Positions 1 through 9,937 of a DNA stretch of 64,000 bases are shown here, piece by piece. This DNA is from Minisyncoccota bacterium (GTDB lineage Bacteria > Patescibacteriota > Minisyncoccia > Phycocordibacterales > Phycocordibacteraceae). Where the stretch lies: the NCBI GenBank assembly GCA_028695415.1, contig JAQVIY010000003.1, forward strand, positions 47,132 to 111,131, given 5' to 3'. The notes below the pieces were generated by a model, which worked only from the letters and a program-made list of their open reading frames with translations, was not told the DNA's origin and ran no database searches. The position numbers and the translations under genes were made by a program. Position 1 is the first letter of the stretch; each line of letters opens with the position of its first letter.

Positions 1-538
1 CCTTGCTGAAGAACGACCGACTAATGGCAATGTGTTTTTCGAGTCGGTCGATGTGAACGATCTCCCTTTGTCCGCGCTCCATCACTACCGCCGTAAGATC
101 GGCATGGTGTTCCAGGACTTCCGCCTTATCCCCAACAAGACCGCGTACGAGAATATCGCCTTCGCGATGGAGGCGGCCGGCCGTACCGACGAGGAGATAG
201 CCTCGGATGTTCCCTATATTCTCGAGCTCGTGAATCTTGCCGATAAAGCCTCGCATTTCCCCGATCAGCTCTCGGGCGGTGAGAAACAGCGCATCGCCAT
301 CGGGCGCGCCATCATCAACCAGCCGGAGCTTATCGTCGCCGATGAGCCGACGGGTAATCTCGACCCTATCAACGCCTACGAGATAGTCGAGATTTTGAAG
401 AAAATCAACGAGCTCGGCACGACTATCATCATCACCACGCACAATAAGGGCGTGGTCGACGCTATCGGCAGGCGTGTGGTTACGATGGATCGCGGCCGCC
501 TCGTCCGCGATGACAAGGAGGGGAAATACGTTTTATAG
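1..538 (+). CDS. ftsE: Cell-division ABC ATPase FtsE (5'-truncated by window edge)
   Basis: LSGGEKQR signature and ADEPTGNLD Walker B; frame open to window start; followed by FtsX-like permease. Confidence 0.93.
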   Translation, partial: LAEERPTNGNVFFESVDVNDLPLSALHHYRRKIGMVFQDFRLIPNKTAYENIAFAMEAAGRTDEEIASDVPYILELVNLADKASHFPDQLSGGEKQRIAIGRAIINQPELIVADEPTGNLDPINAYEIVEILKKINELGTTIIITTHNKGVVDAIGRRVVTMDRGRLVRDDKEGKYVL

Positions 539-560
539 CGACGCCTGATACAATACCTTT

Positions 561-1487
561 ATGGACTGGATGATTTTCAAGCGAGTGCTCACGAGCGGAT
601 GGAAAGGGTTCATTCGCGGCGGAGCGGTCTCGGCGGCGACGGTGCTTATCATGACCGTCACGCTCGCGATCATCGGCTCGCTCATCTTCCTCTCGGCACT
701 CCTCTCTTATACGCTCGTCTCGGTCACCGAGAAGGTCGATGTATCGGTCTATTTCGTCACGACGGCGAGCGAGGCAGACATATTCGCAGTGAAGGATCAG
801 CTTGAGAAGTTGCCTCAGGTCGCGAGTGTCTCATATACCTCGGCTGATGACGCGCTCGCCGCCTTTCGCGCGCGCCACGCGAGCGATCAGCTCACGCTTC
901 AGGCCTTGAATGAGCTCGGCGGTAATCCGCTCGACGCCTCGCTTGAGGTGCGCGCGAAGGACCCTTCGCAGTATGAAAGTGTGGTGAGCTTCCTCGAAGC
1001 ATCGCCCGCCCTCTCCTCGGGCGGCACCTCTATCGTCGACCGTATCAACTACGCGCAGAATAAAGAGGTCATCGACCGCCTCACGCTCGCGATACGGGCG
1101 ACGCGCGAGATAGGCTTCGCCGTGGTTATTCTCTTCGCTATCGCCTCGATCCTTATCGCGTTTGCGACTATCCGGCTCGCTATCTATACCTCTAAAGATG
1201 AGATAGGGGTGATGCGGCTCGTGGGAGCAAGTAATGCATATATCCAGGGACCCTTTATCGTTACCGGAATCATCACCGGCATTTCCGCCGCGGCGTGCGT
1301 CCTTTTCCTCCTCTGGCCGGCGACCTGGTATGCCGGAACCAAGACCGAGGGCTGGTTCGGCGGGTTCAATCTGGCGAACTATTACGCCGAACACTTCGCT
1401 CTCGTCTTTTTCGTACTGCTTCTCTCCGGTATCGTGCTTGGCGCTATCGCGTCGGTGTTTGCTATCCGTAAGTATCTAAAGGTCTGA
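561..1487 (+). CDS. ftsX: Cell-division permease FtsX
   Basis: Four TM segments, EIGVMRLVGA motif, adjacent to ftsE. Confidence 0.92.
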   Translation: MDWMIFKRVLTSGWKGFIRGGAVSAATVLIMTVTLAIIGSLIFLSALLSYTLVSVTEKVDVSVYFVTTASEADIFAVKDQLEKLPQVASVSYTSADDALAAFRARHASDQLTLQALNELGGNPLDASLEVRAKDPSQYESVVSFLEASPALSSGGTSIVDRINYAQNKEVIDRLTLAIRATREIGFAVVILFAIASILIAFATIRLAIYTSKDEIGVMRLVGASNAYIQGPFIVTGIITGISAAACVLFLLWPATWYAGTKTEGWFGGFNLANYYAEHFALVFFVLLLSGIVLGAIASVFAIRKYLKV

Positions 1488-1563
1488 TATGCCCCGTACC
1501 ACAATGTCATCGTTCAGTCCGATTATCAATAAACGCAGCGTGCGTTAAGTTGTGGTACGGGGT

Positions 1564-3216
1564 ATGGCACGCGAAGGTCACAAATACATATTCGTCTTAG
1601 GCGGCGTGATGAGCGGCGTAGGGAAGGGCGTCGTCGCCTCGTCGATCGGGCTCCTTCTTGAGCAGAAAGGATTTCCGGTGAATCTGGTGAAAGTCGATCC
1701 GTATCTCAATGTCGATGCGGGGACGATGAATCCGACCGAGCACGGCGAGACATTCGTGCTCAAGTCCGGACTCGAGACCGACCAGGATATGGGTAACTAC
1801 GAGCGATTCCTCGGGCGCGATCTCACCGATGATGACTACATGACAAGCGGTATGGTGTATCAGACGGTCATCGCTCGCGAACGAGGGCTCGGCTACGGCG
1901 GCAAGTGCGTCGAGGCGATTCCGCACGTGCGGGACGAGATCCTCTCCCGTATCGAGAAGGCGGCTGCCTACAACGGCAGCCGCGTCTCCGTTATCGAGAT
2001 AGGCGGCACCATTGGTGATTTCCAAAACGCGCTCTTTATCGACGCGGCGCGCGTGCTCAAGATGCGCTACCCAGACGATGTTCTCTTTGTTATGGTGTCG
2101 TATCTCCCGACACCCGGCACCTTGGGCGAGATGAAGACGAAGCCGACCCAGACCGCCGTGCGCGACCTCAACTCATACGGCGTGCAGCCGGACTTCCTCG
2201 TCGCGCGGTCGAAAGAATCGATTGACGAGAAGCGCAAGGAAAAACTCTCGATAGCCTGCAATGTGAGGAGAGATCACATCATCGCGGCGCCCGATATAAA
2301 TAGCATCTACGAAGCACCGCTCAACTTTGAGAAGGACAAGTTCGGTGAGGCGCTTGCTGATGTGCTCAAGCTCTCGGGGAAGAAGAAAGCTTCGCTCGCC
2401 GCCTGGAGTCGATTCGTCAAGGCGGCAACGAACAAGAAGTCTCCCGAAGTGCACATCGCCGTCATTGGAAAATATTTCGATACGGGCAATTTCGTCCTCT
2501 CAGACGCGTATCTCTCGGTCATCGAGGCACTAAAGTTCTCTGCGGCGAAGCTCGGCAGGCGGCCGGTGCTCACCTGGATCAATTCAAAAGGGTTCGAGAA
2601 GGGCGAGCCGATAGCGAAGCTGAAGAAGTTCGACGGCATCGTCGTGCCGGGCGGATTCGGCGAGAGCGGCATCGAGGGCATCATCAAGGCGATCAAGTTT
2701 GCGCGCGAGAACAAGATACCGTATCTCGGGCTCTGCTACGGGATGCAGCTTATGGTGATCGAGTATGCGCGAAATGTTGTGGGACTGAAGAACGCGCACA
2801 CGACCGAGATACAGAAGAACAGCGAGGACCCGGTGGTGGATGTGATGCTCGAGCAGAAGAAGCACCTCGCCGACAATAAGTATGGTGGTACGATGCGTCT
2901 CGGCTCATACCCTGCGTACTTGAAGAAGGGCACGGTCGCGCGCGCCGCCTACAAGAAAGAGCTCATCGACGAGCGTCATCGCCATCGCTACGAGATAAAC
3001 CCGAGCTATGTGAAGAAACTCGAAGAGGCGGGACTTGTGTTCTCAGGCACCTCTCCCGACGGCGTTCTTATGGAGATAGCGGAGCTTCCGAAGAAGACGC
3101 ATCCCTTTATGCTCGCGACACAATTCCACCCTGAGCTTCAGGCGCGCCCCCTCACTCCGCATCCTCTCTTTACCGAATTTCTCCGCGCCGCTCTCGCGTG
3201 CAAGAAAAAGAAATGA
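1564..3216 (+). CDS. pyrG: CTP synthase
   Basis: KYIFVLGGVMSGVGKG, DPYLNVDAGTMNP, GLCYGMQ and QFHPE glutaminase motifs. Confidence 0.98.
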   Translation: MAREGHKYIFVLGGVMSGVGKGVVASSIGLLLEQKGFPVNLVKVDPYLNVDAGTMNPTEHGETFVLKSGLETDQDMGNYERFLGRDLTDDDYMTSGMVYQTVIARERGLGYGGKCVEAIPHVRDEILSRIEKAAAYNGSRVSVIEIGGTIGDFQNALFIDAARVLKMRYPDDVLFVMVSYLPTPGTLGEMKTKPTQTAVRDLNSYGVQPDFLVARSKESIDEKRKEKLSIACNVRRDHIIAAPDINSIYEAPLNFEKDKFGEALADVLKLSGKKKASLAAWSRFVKAATNKKSPEVHIAVIGKYFDTGNFVLSDAYLSVIEALKFSAAKLGRRPVLTWINSKGFEKGEPIAKLKKFDGIVVPGGFGESGIEGIIKAIKFARENKIPYLGLCYGMQLMVIEYARNVVGLKNAHTTEIQKNSEDPVVDVMLEQKKHLADNKYGGTMRLGSYPAYLKKGTVARAAYKKELIDERHRHRYEINPSYVKKLEEAGLVFSGTSPDGVLMEIAELPKKTHPFMLATQFHPELQARPLTPHPLFTEFLRAALACKKKK

Positions 3217-3246
3217 AAAAAGAGCCCGGCGTGCCGGGCTCTCTCG
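3216..3246. terminator. Probable bidirectional intrinsic terminator
   Basis: AGAGCCCGGC-GT-GCCGGGCTCT inverted repeat between convergent genes, with an A-tract on the left. Confidence 0.7.
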
Positions 3247-3996
3247 TTATTCGAGTGTGCGACGGATGTCCTCAGTGAGGATGTCCACCTGTTTGAAAAA
3301 GGTCGCGGCACGCGTGTCGCGCGGGCGCGTGAGGTCGACCGAAAGCACCTTCTCTATTCTTCCCGGGTGCGCGCCCATCACGAGTATCTGATCAGAGAGC
3401 TCGATAGCGTCGGGAATAAGGTGATTCACCATAAGTATCGTCATGCCGTACGAGCGCCATATCTTCAGAAGGTCGCTCTTCAACGCTTCGGAGGTGATGG
3501 TATCGAGATTTGAAAACGGCTCGTCCATGATAAGGAGATCGGGAGAAATGGCGAGCGCGCGCGCGAGCCCGACTCTCTGGCGTTGACCGCCCGAGAGCGC
3601 GGCGGGGAAGCGGTTCTCAAGATGCGCGAGCCCGACCTCGCGGAGCTTCTCTCGCGCGACGCGCTCGCGCTCGTGTCGCCCCGCGCCGTCCATCCGCAGG
3701 CCGAACGCGACATTGTCGAGTGCTGAGAGCCACGGGAAGAGGGCATAATTTTGAAACACCATCGCGGGGCGTTTGAAATTTCGTATAATCTCGCCGCTTG
3801 AGGGCTGCATCAGCCCAAGGATGATACGCATCAGGGTAGATTTTCCGGCACCTGAAGGGCCGATGATAGACACGAACGACCCTTTCGGCAGAGAAAATGA
3901 GATATCTTTCAGGGTCGGTATGCTGTTCTTCTTCTCGTCAGCGAATCGCGCGGTGACGCGTGAGAGGACGAGAGTCATATCGTGGTCGTGTGTCAT
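3247..3996 (-). CDS. NitT/TauT-family ABC transporter ATP-binding protein
   Basis: GPSGAGKS, FQNYALFPWL, LSGGQRQR, DEPFSNLD, C-terminal RPRD. Confidence 0.9.
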   Translation of the reverse strand: MTHDHDMTLVLSRVTARFADEKKNSIPTLKDISFSLPKGSFVSIIGPSGAGKSTLMRIILGLMQPSSGEIIRNFKRPAMVFQNYALFPWLSALDNVAFGLRMDGAGRHERERVAREKLREVGLAHLENRFPAALSGGQRQRVGLARALAISPDLLIMDEPFSNLDTITSEALKSDLLKIWRSYGMTILMVNHLIPDAIELSDQILVMGAHPGRIEKVLSVDLTRPRDTRAATFFKQVDILTEDIRRTLE

Positions 3997-3999
3997 AGG

Positions 4000-4749
4000 C
4001 TATTCGGCGTACCTTTTCGCGCTCTCGGCGAGGAGCGGCGCCCACACGAGACGATTCACGACGAATACGATGACGAGTATCGCGATCATCCCCGCTATCG
4101 CGCCCTGACTTATGCCCGTCACATCGGCACCCTTGATAAACGCACCGAAGCCGGCGATGTCGGTGATAATCTCGGCGCCGATGACTGACTCCCAGCCGAT
4201 AGCGATACCGACAATAGAGCCGGTGAGGATAGCGGGATAAGAGAGCGGGGTGAGATAGAAGGGGATGCGTTTCCATCCGCGCGCGCCAAATATCGTCGCG
4301 GCGTCATTCAAGTCGTTATGGGCGCTCTTGATAGCGGTGAGGACGGCGAAGAGGATAGGCCAGACGATAGAACTCACTGCGAAGAAGATGATCATCTGGT
4401 TCGTATAGCCGAGGAAATAGATGAAGAGCGGGATGAGCGCGAACGAAGGGAGATTCTGTAAGACGTCGAACACAGGGAAGAAATAATCCCCGAGAGGGCT
4501 CCAGCCGACGAGGAGCGCGATGGTGACGCCGAGCGCAAGCGCGATGAAGTAGGCGAGCACGAGGCGATAAGTGGTGTGGAAGATAGCACTGCCAAGCACG
4601 CCCCAGGTCACCATGCCGAAGAACCCGAGCGCGATGAGTATCGCGGCGATAACAACGACACCCGTCATGATGAGCCAGGCGCGCTTATGACGGACGGCGT
4701 GTATGCGATGCCACGCAGGAGTCGGGGCGTGCGCGAGACTATGAACCAT
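4000..4749 (-). CDS. NitT/TauT-family ABC transporter permease
   Basis: Multiple TM segments, EAA-like loop DAATIFGARGW, adjacent to the ATPase. Confidence 0.88.
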   Translation of the reverse strand: MVHSLAHAPTPAWHRIHAVRHKRAWLIMTGVVVIAAILIALGFFGMVTWGVLGSAIFHTTYRLVLAYFIALALGVTIALLVGWSPLGDYFFPVFDVLQNLPSFALIPLFIYFLGYTNQMIIFFAVSSIVWPILFAVLTAIKSAHNDLNDAATIFGARGWKRIPFYLTPLSYPAILTGSIVGIAIGWESVIGAEIITDIAGFGAFIKGADVTGISQGAIAGMIAILVIVFVVNRLVWAPLLAESAKRYAE

Positions 4750-4792
4750 GCTTGTATTCTAGCGCGCTTTTAGGGCGTGATACGATGAAGGT

Positions 4793-5332
4793 ATGAACAT
4801 ACACCCATTTTTTGTGCATTTCCCGATAGCACTGCTTGCGGTGTATTCGCTTCTTGAGATTGGCACCTATGTTTCCCCGGCGCTTCGCCGTCAGCCATGG
4901 ATGTTCCCCGTAAAGGCGTTTCTGCTTTTCGTCGGCGCCTTCGCTGCGTTCGCCGCCTTAGTGACTGGCGGTATAGCGGGAGATCTCATAGAGGGGACAA
5001 GCGCCCGTGCGTACATACTAGAGGTGCACGCATCGTTTGCGGGAGTAACGACGCTCCTCTACATTGTCCTCGCGGCGGCGTATCTCACATGCATAGGCGA
5101 CACGCTGGGGTGGGGGAACCGCATCGCCGGATTGAACAATCCCTTCATGCGCATCTGGAGCGTCAAGAAGTTTCTCGCGCATCTCGTGCTCGACACCTGG
5201 GTCTTGCCTGTACTTGCGTTCCTCGCCCTCGTCGGCATGATTATCACTGGTGTCTTGGGTGCGGCGATAGTCTACGGTCCAGGCATCGACCCGTTCGTTT
5301 CATTCACCTACCACCTCTTCTGGGCGCAGTAA
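4793..5332 (+). CDS. DUF2231-like membrane protein
   Basis: N-terminal HPFFVHFPIAL motif, four TM segments. Confidence 0.7.
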   Translation: MNIHPFFVHFPIALLAVYSLLEIGTYVSPALRRQPWMFPVKAFLLFVGAFAAFAALVTGGIAGDLIEGTSARAYILEVHASFAGVTTLLYIVLAAAYLTCIGDTLGWGNRIAGLNNPFMRIWSVKKFLAHLVLDTWVLPVLAFLALVGMIITGVLGAAIVYGPGIDPFVSFTYHLFWAQ

Positions 5333-5388
5333 GTAGTTGAATAAAAGCCGGTTTTCAGCTACTCTCCCTGTATCGCGTGTTCGCAATT

Positions 5389-5459
5389 TGCGGGATCGTC
5401 TAATGGTAGGACGCGACCCTCTGGAGGTCGTTATCTTGGTTCGAATCCAGGTCCCGCAG
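5389..5459 (+). tRNA. tRNA-Gln(CTG)
   Basis: TGCGGGA/TCCCGCA acceptor stem, anticodon loop CT-CTG-GA, GGTTCGAATCC T-arm. Confidence 0.95.
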
Positions 5460-5704
5460 CAACATTGAATTCGAGGCATTTTTAGGGGTGTTTGCGAGTA
5501 TGTGATACGGACTTTTGTATTGTATCTTCGCCATTTCTCCGTTCTTGATAGGAGTCTGAGTTCGTCAAGAGAAAAGGTGCCCGACACTGTTTCTCCAGCT
5601 TGATTTGCCTAAATCAACTTATCAACACTTTTGTAAAAATATTGCATTTTCCAATAGTATAGTATACAATACTAACGCATTCGTAATGAGTAATAGTAAA
5701 AGAT

Positions 5705-6970
5705 ATGCATATTTCACTTGTTGAATTTTCCGTTGAAAACTACAAGGTTTTCAAAGAACGGGCTGTTTTTTCTATGCTCGCTCGGAAAAACGATAAACAT
5801 ACGTTTGAGAGTAACGGCGAAAACCTGCTTAAAACATCCCTAATTTATGGGCCAAATGCGTCTGGAAAGACGTCTCTTTTGGATGCATTCAGCCTTATAA
5901 AGGCAGGTATTATTGTATCGGCAAATCTATCCACTAACCCCAAAGATCGTTTAGGAATTCCCTATTTTCCGTTTTTAGGGTTAAAAAACACCCAAACAGA
6001 ACCATCTAGTTTTGAAGTTGTATTTTCGACAAAAGGATCTTATAGCGGAGTTTACCGCTATGGTTTCTCGATTCTGCCTGATCGAATTACTAAGGAACAA
6101 ATGAGTGTTGTGCTTGCAAATGGGAAAGAGGAGATCCTTTTCTCCCGCACAGAACAAAAGATAGCGGTCTCTGGAAATGTGTTTGCTAGTGTTAAAGATC
6201 TTACGGAAACTACACGCAAAGAAGCACTCTTCCTCTCCACGGCAGCGCAAATTAACAACAAGTTTGCCCTAGGAATTGTTGGTGCATTTCGCGATATCAA
6301 TATAATCTCTGGAGTTCGTGGTCAGTATGAAGAGTTCACGATTAGGAAATTTAAAGAAGATCCTGAATACAAGACGCGAATCCTAGAGTATCTAAAAACT
6401 GCCGATTTTTGCATCTTTGATGGTCTAACGGAAGAAATTGATGTGCCGGCACTAGATGAAATAAAAGACGATGCTGATAGTTTCTCTGCAAGAAAACGAA
6501 TGGAGAAAGGAAACGTATTAATCTTCAAGCATCCTGTATACGGCGAAGATAAGAAAAAGATTGATGACTTTAAACTTCTCTTAGAGGACGAGTCGACAGG
6601 TACTCAAAAGTTTCTTTCTGTCCTTGGTCCAATTATTGACACCCTTATTGAAGGGAAAGTTTTGTTCATTGATGAATTCGATAATAGTCTTCATCCATTT
6701 CTGACAAAACTTACTATTGATCTCTTTGAGTCTAGTGAAATTAATAAGAAAGATGCTCAACTCATTGTAACAACGCATGATGTGAGTCTCTTGTCTTACA
6801 AAGATGACTTCATAAAAGATCAATTTTGGTTTACCGAAAAAGATGAACTTGGTGCAGCCAAACTTTTCTCTCTTGCGGAATTCAAACTAAGAAATGACAC
6901 GGAATTTTCGAAAAAGTACCTAGAGGGTCGCTTTGGGGCTCTGCCGTTTGTTATTCCGTTGGAAAAATAG
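5705..6970 (+). CDS. RloA-like AAA ATPase (AAA_21 family)
   Basis: IYGPNASGKT Walker A, ESTGT, FIDEFDNSLHP, QLIVTTH, YLEGRFGALP; low GC. Confidence 0.88.
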   Translation: MHISLVEFSVENYKVFKERAVFSMLARKNDKHTFESNGENLLKTSLIYGPNASGKTSLLDAFSLIKAGIIVSANLSTNPKDRLGIPYFPFLGLKNTQTEPSSFEVVFSTKGSYSGVYRYGFSILPDRITKEQMSVVLANGKEEILFSRTEQKIAVSGNVFASVKDLTETTRKEALFLSTAAQINNKFALGIVGAFRDINIISGVRGQYEEFTIRKFKEDPEYKTRILEYLKTADFCIFDGLTEEIDVPALDEIKDDADSFSARKRMEKGNVLIFKHPVYGEDKKKIDDFKLLLEDESTGTQKFLSVLGPIIDTLIEGKVLFIDEFDNSLHPFLTKLTIDLFESSEINKKDAQLIVTTHDVSLLSYKDDFIKDQFWFTEKDELGAAKLFSLAEFKLRNDTEFSKKYLEGRFGALPFVIPLEK

Positions 6971-6975
6971 CACAC

Positions 6976-7599
6976 ATGTCTTCAAGATTCACCAGGAAAC
7001 AAGATAACCGAAAACCACGCAAAGTCATCTTTATCTATTCTGAAGGTACGAAGACAGAACCAAACTACTTCAATGCCATCAAAACAGAACTTCGTCTACA
7101 AGAAGTAGACATAAAAGTTCACGGATGTGCTGATCATACCCTGCCTCTTGTAAGGTGGGTTATAGACAGAAAAACAGAAGCAGGAAATTCAGATGAGGGA
7201 ACCGAGTGGTGGGTGGTATTTGATAAAGATGCCCACGATGGTTTTGACGACGCAATAAAGCTTGCAAGGGAGAATGGCATCGATACGGCCTATTCTAACG
7301 AATGTTTTGAATTATGGTTCATACTGCATTTTGATTTCCTAAATACTGCTATTGGTCGTGAGAACTACTATTCAAAACTTACTAAGTTACTCGGGACAAA
7401 ATACGAAAAGTGCACTTCAAATATCTATGAACTTATAAAAGATAATGAGGCCACAGCTATACGTAATGCCAAAAAATTAGAAGAACAACATGATACCAGT
7501 GGTACGAAGTCCTCTCAAAAGAGAGATCCTTCGACAACCGTGTATATGTTGGTAGAAAAACTGAGGGAACTTAAAATATCGCGAGATATTGATAATTAG
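6976..7599 (+). CDS. RloB-family protein
   Basis: EGTKTEPNYF, VVFDKD, SNECFELWFILHF, DPSTTV motifs; directly after RloA-like ATPase. Confidence 0.88.
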   Translation: MSSRFTRKQDNRKPRKVIFIYSEGTKTEPNYFNAIKTELRLQEVDIKVHGCADHTLPLVRWVIDRKTEAGNSDEGTEWWVVFDKDAHDGFDDAIKLARENGIDTAYSNECFELWFILHFDFLNTAIGRENYYSKLTKLLGTKYEKCTSNIYELIKDNEATAIRNAKKLEEQHDTSGTKSSQKRDPSTTVYMLVEKLRELKISRDIDN

Positions 7600-7739
7600 T
7601 AAGTAGAGGCTTAAGGGGGTTCCACGTCGAACCAGACCCGCAGCCGACGAACGAAGATGAGGAGGTGCTGAGGCAGTTGAGGAATGGCGATGACGAAATA
7701 CTGAACTCAGCGGAGCGAAGTGCGTTAGAATTGCACAGT

Positions 7740-7982
7740 ATGTATTTTGTATACATTCTCGAATGCAAGGATGGGTCGTTATATACGGGCATAACGACAA
7801 ATGTTGAACGACGCTTTGCAGAGCATAAAAATAGAATTGGCGGACACTATACCCGCTCAAAGCAAGCCGTGCGTGTCGTATACACCGAGCAATACCCCAA
7901 CAGGTCGTTAGCATCAAAAAGGGAAAGCGAGATAAAAAGTTGGCGGCGAGACAAAAAGATGAATCTGATAGAATCTAAATAA
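7740..7982 (+). CDS. Small GIY-YIG nuclease
   Basis: MYFVYILECKDGSLYTGITTNVERRFAEH ... ASKRESEIK. Confidence 0.9.
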   Translation: MYFVYILECKDGSLYTGITTNVERRFAEHKNRIGGHYTRSKQAVRVVYTEQYPNRSLASKRESEIKSWRRDKKMNLIESK

Positions 7983-8610
7983 TGAAACTTCTGAAAGAAG
8001 TTAGACTAATCGAGGTCAAGCGGACATTCGTGATATCCGATCAGATTGCCCATGTGCACAATGGCAAAAACTCGGGAATAATCGTAAGTTTATAAAAGAT
8101 CTTTCTGAAAAAGAATTTGATAAAAAGCTGTCAGATACGAAGAAAAGAATCTTGAAACTCAAAGAAAAAGAGTTAGACAAATTAGTTTCTCCCGAGTGGC
8201 CGAAAAGGCTCAGAGTGTACACGGGGAGCAAGTGGTTTTTAGCGCACGTTAGTCCTAAAGAAGTCGGTGTGTGGACGAGAGCGGGAGGCTTACCATTGCG
8301 GTGGACAAATAAGAGTCTTGCTGAAACTGCAGGTAAAGTAGCACGAGGGCTTGAAAGGAATTCAACGTCGATTAAACGGAGACCGAAACATGCAATACCG
8401 AATATTTTGAAAATAAAAGATCATTTGGAACAAAAAGAAAGGTACTTGTATCCTATCGTTTTTAAGACTGATACGGGGACAATGGGCAGAAAGAGATTGA
8501 AGAGAAAAATGGCTGGAGATATCGATGACGGCAATATGAGGTCTATTGCACTGGCAATGAACGGAAGAAACCCGATTACTGTGTATTTCGGTATTCCGTT
8601 TGAATCTTAG
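7982..8610 (+). pseudogene. Hypothetical gene apparently split by a frameshift near 8066-8070
   Basis: ATG at 7982 overlaps the upstream TAA and stops after 37 codons; another frame is open 8005-8610; one extra A in the A5 run would join them. Confidence 0.45.
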
Positions 8611-8647
8611 GTTCTGCGAAGGTGAATGTGGGTGGTATAGTTTCTTT

Positions 8648-9211
8648 ATGAAAACATCATTATTGGTTGTCATCGTTCTCGTCGTGCTTGGTGCGGGATA
8701 TTACCTTTCTACATCGGGCGGAGCGAAGCCTGCGGCGACAGAGTATAAGAACGCGACCTATGTCATTGAGGGCGAGCCAGTGACGCTTATAAACGGCAGG
8801 GCGGAGACGCCCGCGGCACCCGGTTCAGCATCGAAAGTGGTGACGCAATATTTCGGTAATGAATTGAAAACCGATCTCAATGGCGATGGACGGGAAGATG
8901 TCGCGTTTATCCTCACGCAGGATCGCGGTGGCTCCGGCACGTTCTACTACGCCGTCGCGGCGTTGAACACGACGAAGGGATGGATTGGTTCCGACGGATA
9001 TTTGCTTGGTGACCGCGTCGCGCCGCAGGCGACGACCATCAGCCCGAACCCTAAGCAGAAACAGGTCGTCGTGTTCAACTACGCAGATCGCGCACCCAAT
9101 GAACCGATGACCGCTCAACCTTCTGTCGGCAAGAGTGCGTACCTCAAACTCAATCCGGAGGCGATGCAGTGGGGAATCGTGATACCTAATTTTGAGGGCG
9201 AATCGCGCTAA
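8648..9211 (+). CDS. Hypothetical membrane-anchored/secreted protein
   Basis: N-terminal hydrophobic anchor, DLNGDGREDVA and GGSGTFYY motifs. Confidence 0.75.
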   Translation: MKTSLLVVIVLVVLGAGYYLSTSGGAKPAATEYKNATYVIEGEPVTLINGRAETPAAPGSASKVVTQYFGNELKTDLNGDGREDVAFILTQDRGGSGTFYYAVAALNTTKGWIGSDGYLLGDRVAPQATTISPNPKQKQVVVFNYADRAPNEPMTAQPSVGKSAYLKLNPEAMQWGIVIPNFEGESR

Positions 9212-9214
9212 AAC

Positions 9215-9883
9215 ATGAAAACTTCAGCTGCGATCTGGTCGGCAATCGCCGTCGTTCTCGTTGCTGGTGGAGCGTGGTATGTGTTCAACCATCCTGTATC
9301 GGTGCAGACATCAGGCGGGCTAAACATCGCGTGGAATCAGTCAGGCACCTCTACGTCTGCACCTGCCTCTTCATCGGCGCAAGCGAGCCTCACGCGGCCA
9401 TACTCCAACACCCCGATGAAAGTCTTGCTGCAACTGCCGGATGATTACACGATTGATGAATCATATCGCTATCAAGAGCTCGGTCCCGGGAAGGATATTT
9501 TAGGTGCCAATTTCATCATTCCCGCGGCTGTAGCAGACGGCACTAATCTCGGCACTGATTCGAGCCTGAGTATCGAACAACTTCCGAAGCTCAAGGAGTG
9601 TACGGCGGCGCCCTTTTTGTGGCAGGACGGAGTAGCGGTACGCACGATTGTCGAAGGCAGCACGACCTATTCGGTCGCGGCGGCGACGGGCGCCGCCGCG
9701 GGCAGCCGGTATGAAGAGACCGTGTATGCGCTCCCCGGTACGAACCCGTGTATCGCGGTGCGCTATTTCATCCACTACGGTGTCATCGAGAATTATCCGG
9801 CAGGCGCCGTGCGTGAATTCGATCGGGCAGCGCTCCTCGCTACCTTCGACGCGATACGGCACTCACTGAAGGTGGTGCAATAA
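9215..9883 (+). CDS. Hypothetical membrane-anchored/secreted protein
   Basis: N-terminal TM segment, Ser/Thr-rich linker, two Cys. Confidence 0.72.
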   Translation: MKTSAAIWSAIAVVLVAGGAWYVFNHPVSVQTSGGLNIAWNQSGTSTSAPASSSAQASLTRPYSNTPMKVLLQLPDDYTIDESYRYQELGPGKDILGANFIIPAAVADGTNLGTDSSLSIEQLPKLKECTAAPFLWQDGVAVRTIVEGSTTYSVAAATGAAAGSRYEETVYALPGTNPCIAVRYFIHYGVIENYPAGAVREFDRAALLATFDAIRHSLKVVQ

Positions 9884-9937
9884 AGTCCAGCATACTGCAG
9901 GTGTGTACAGCGTCCGCGCACCGTATGTCGGAGTGAT

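Noticed and set aside
8060-8075. Programmed -1 frameshift
   Set aside because: C-AAA-AAC is not a canonical slippery heptamer and no stimulatory structure is evident; mutation or sequencing error is simpler
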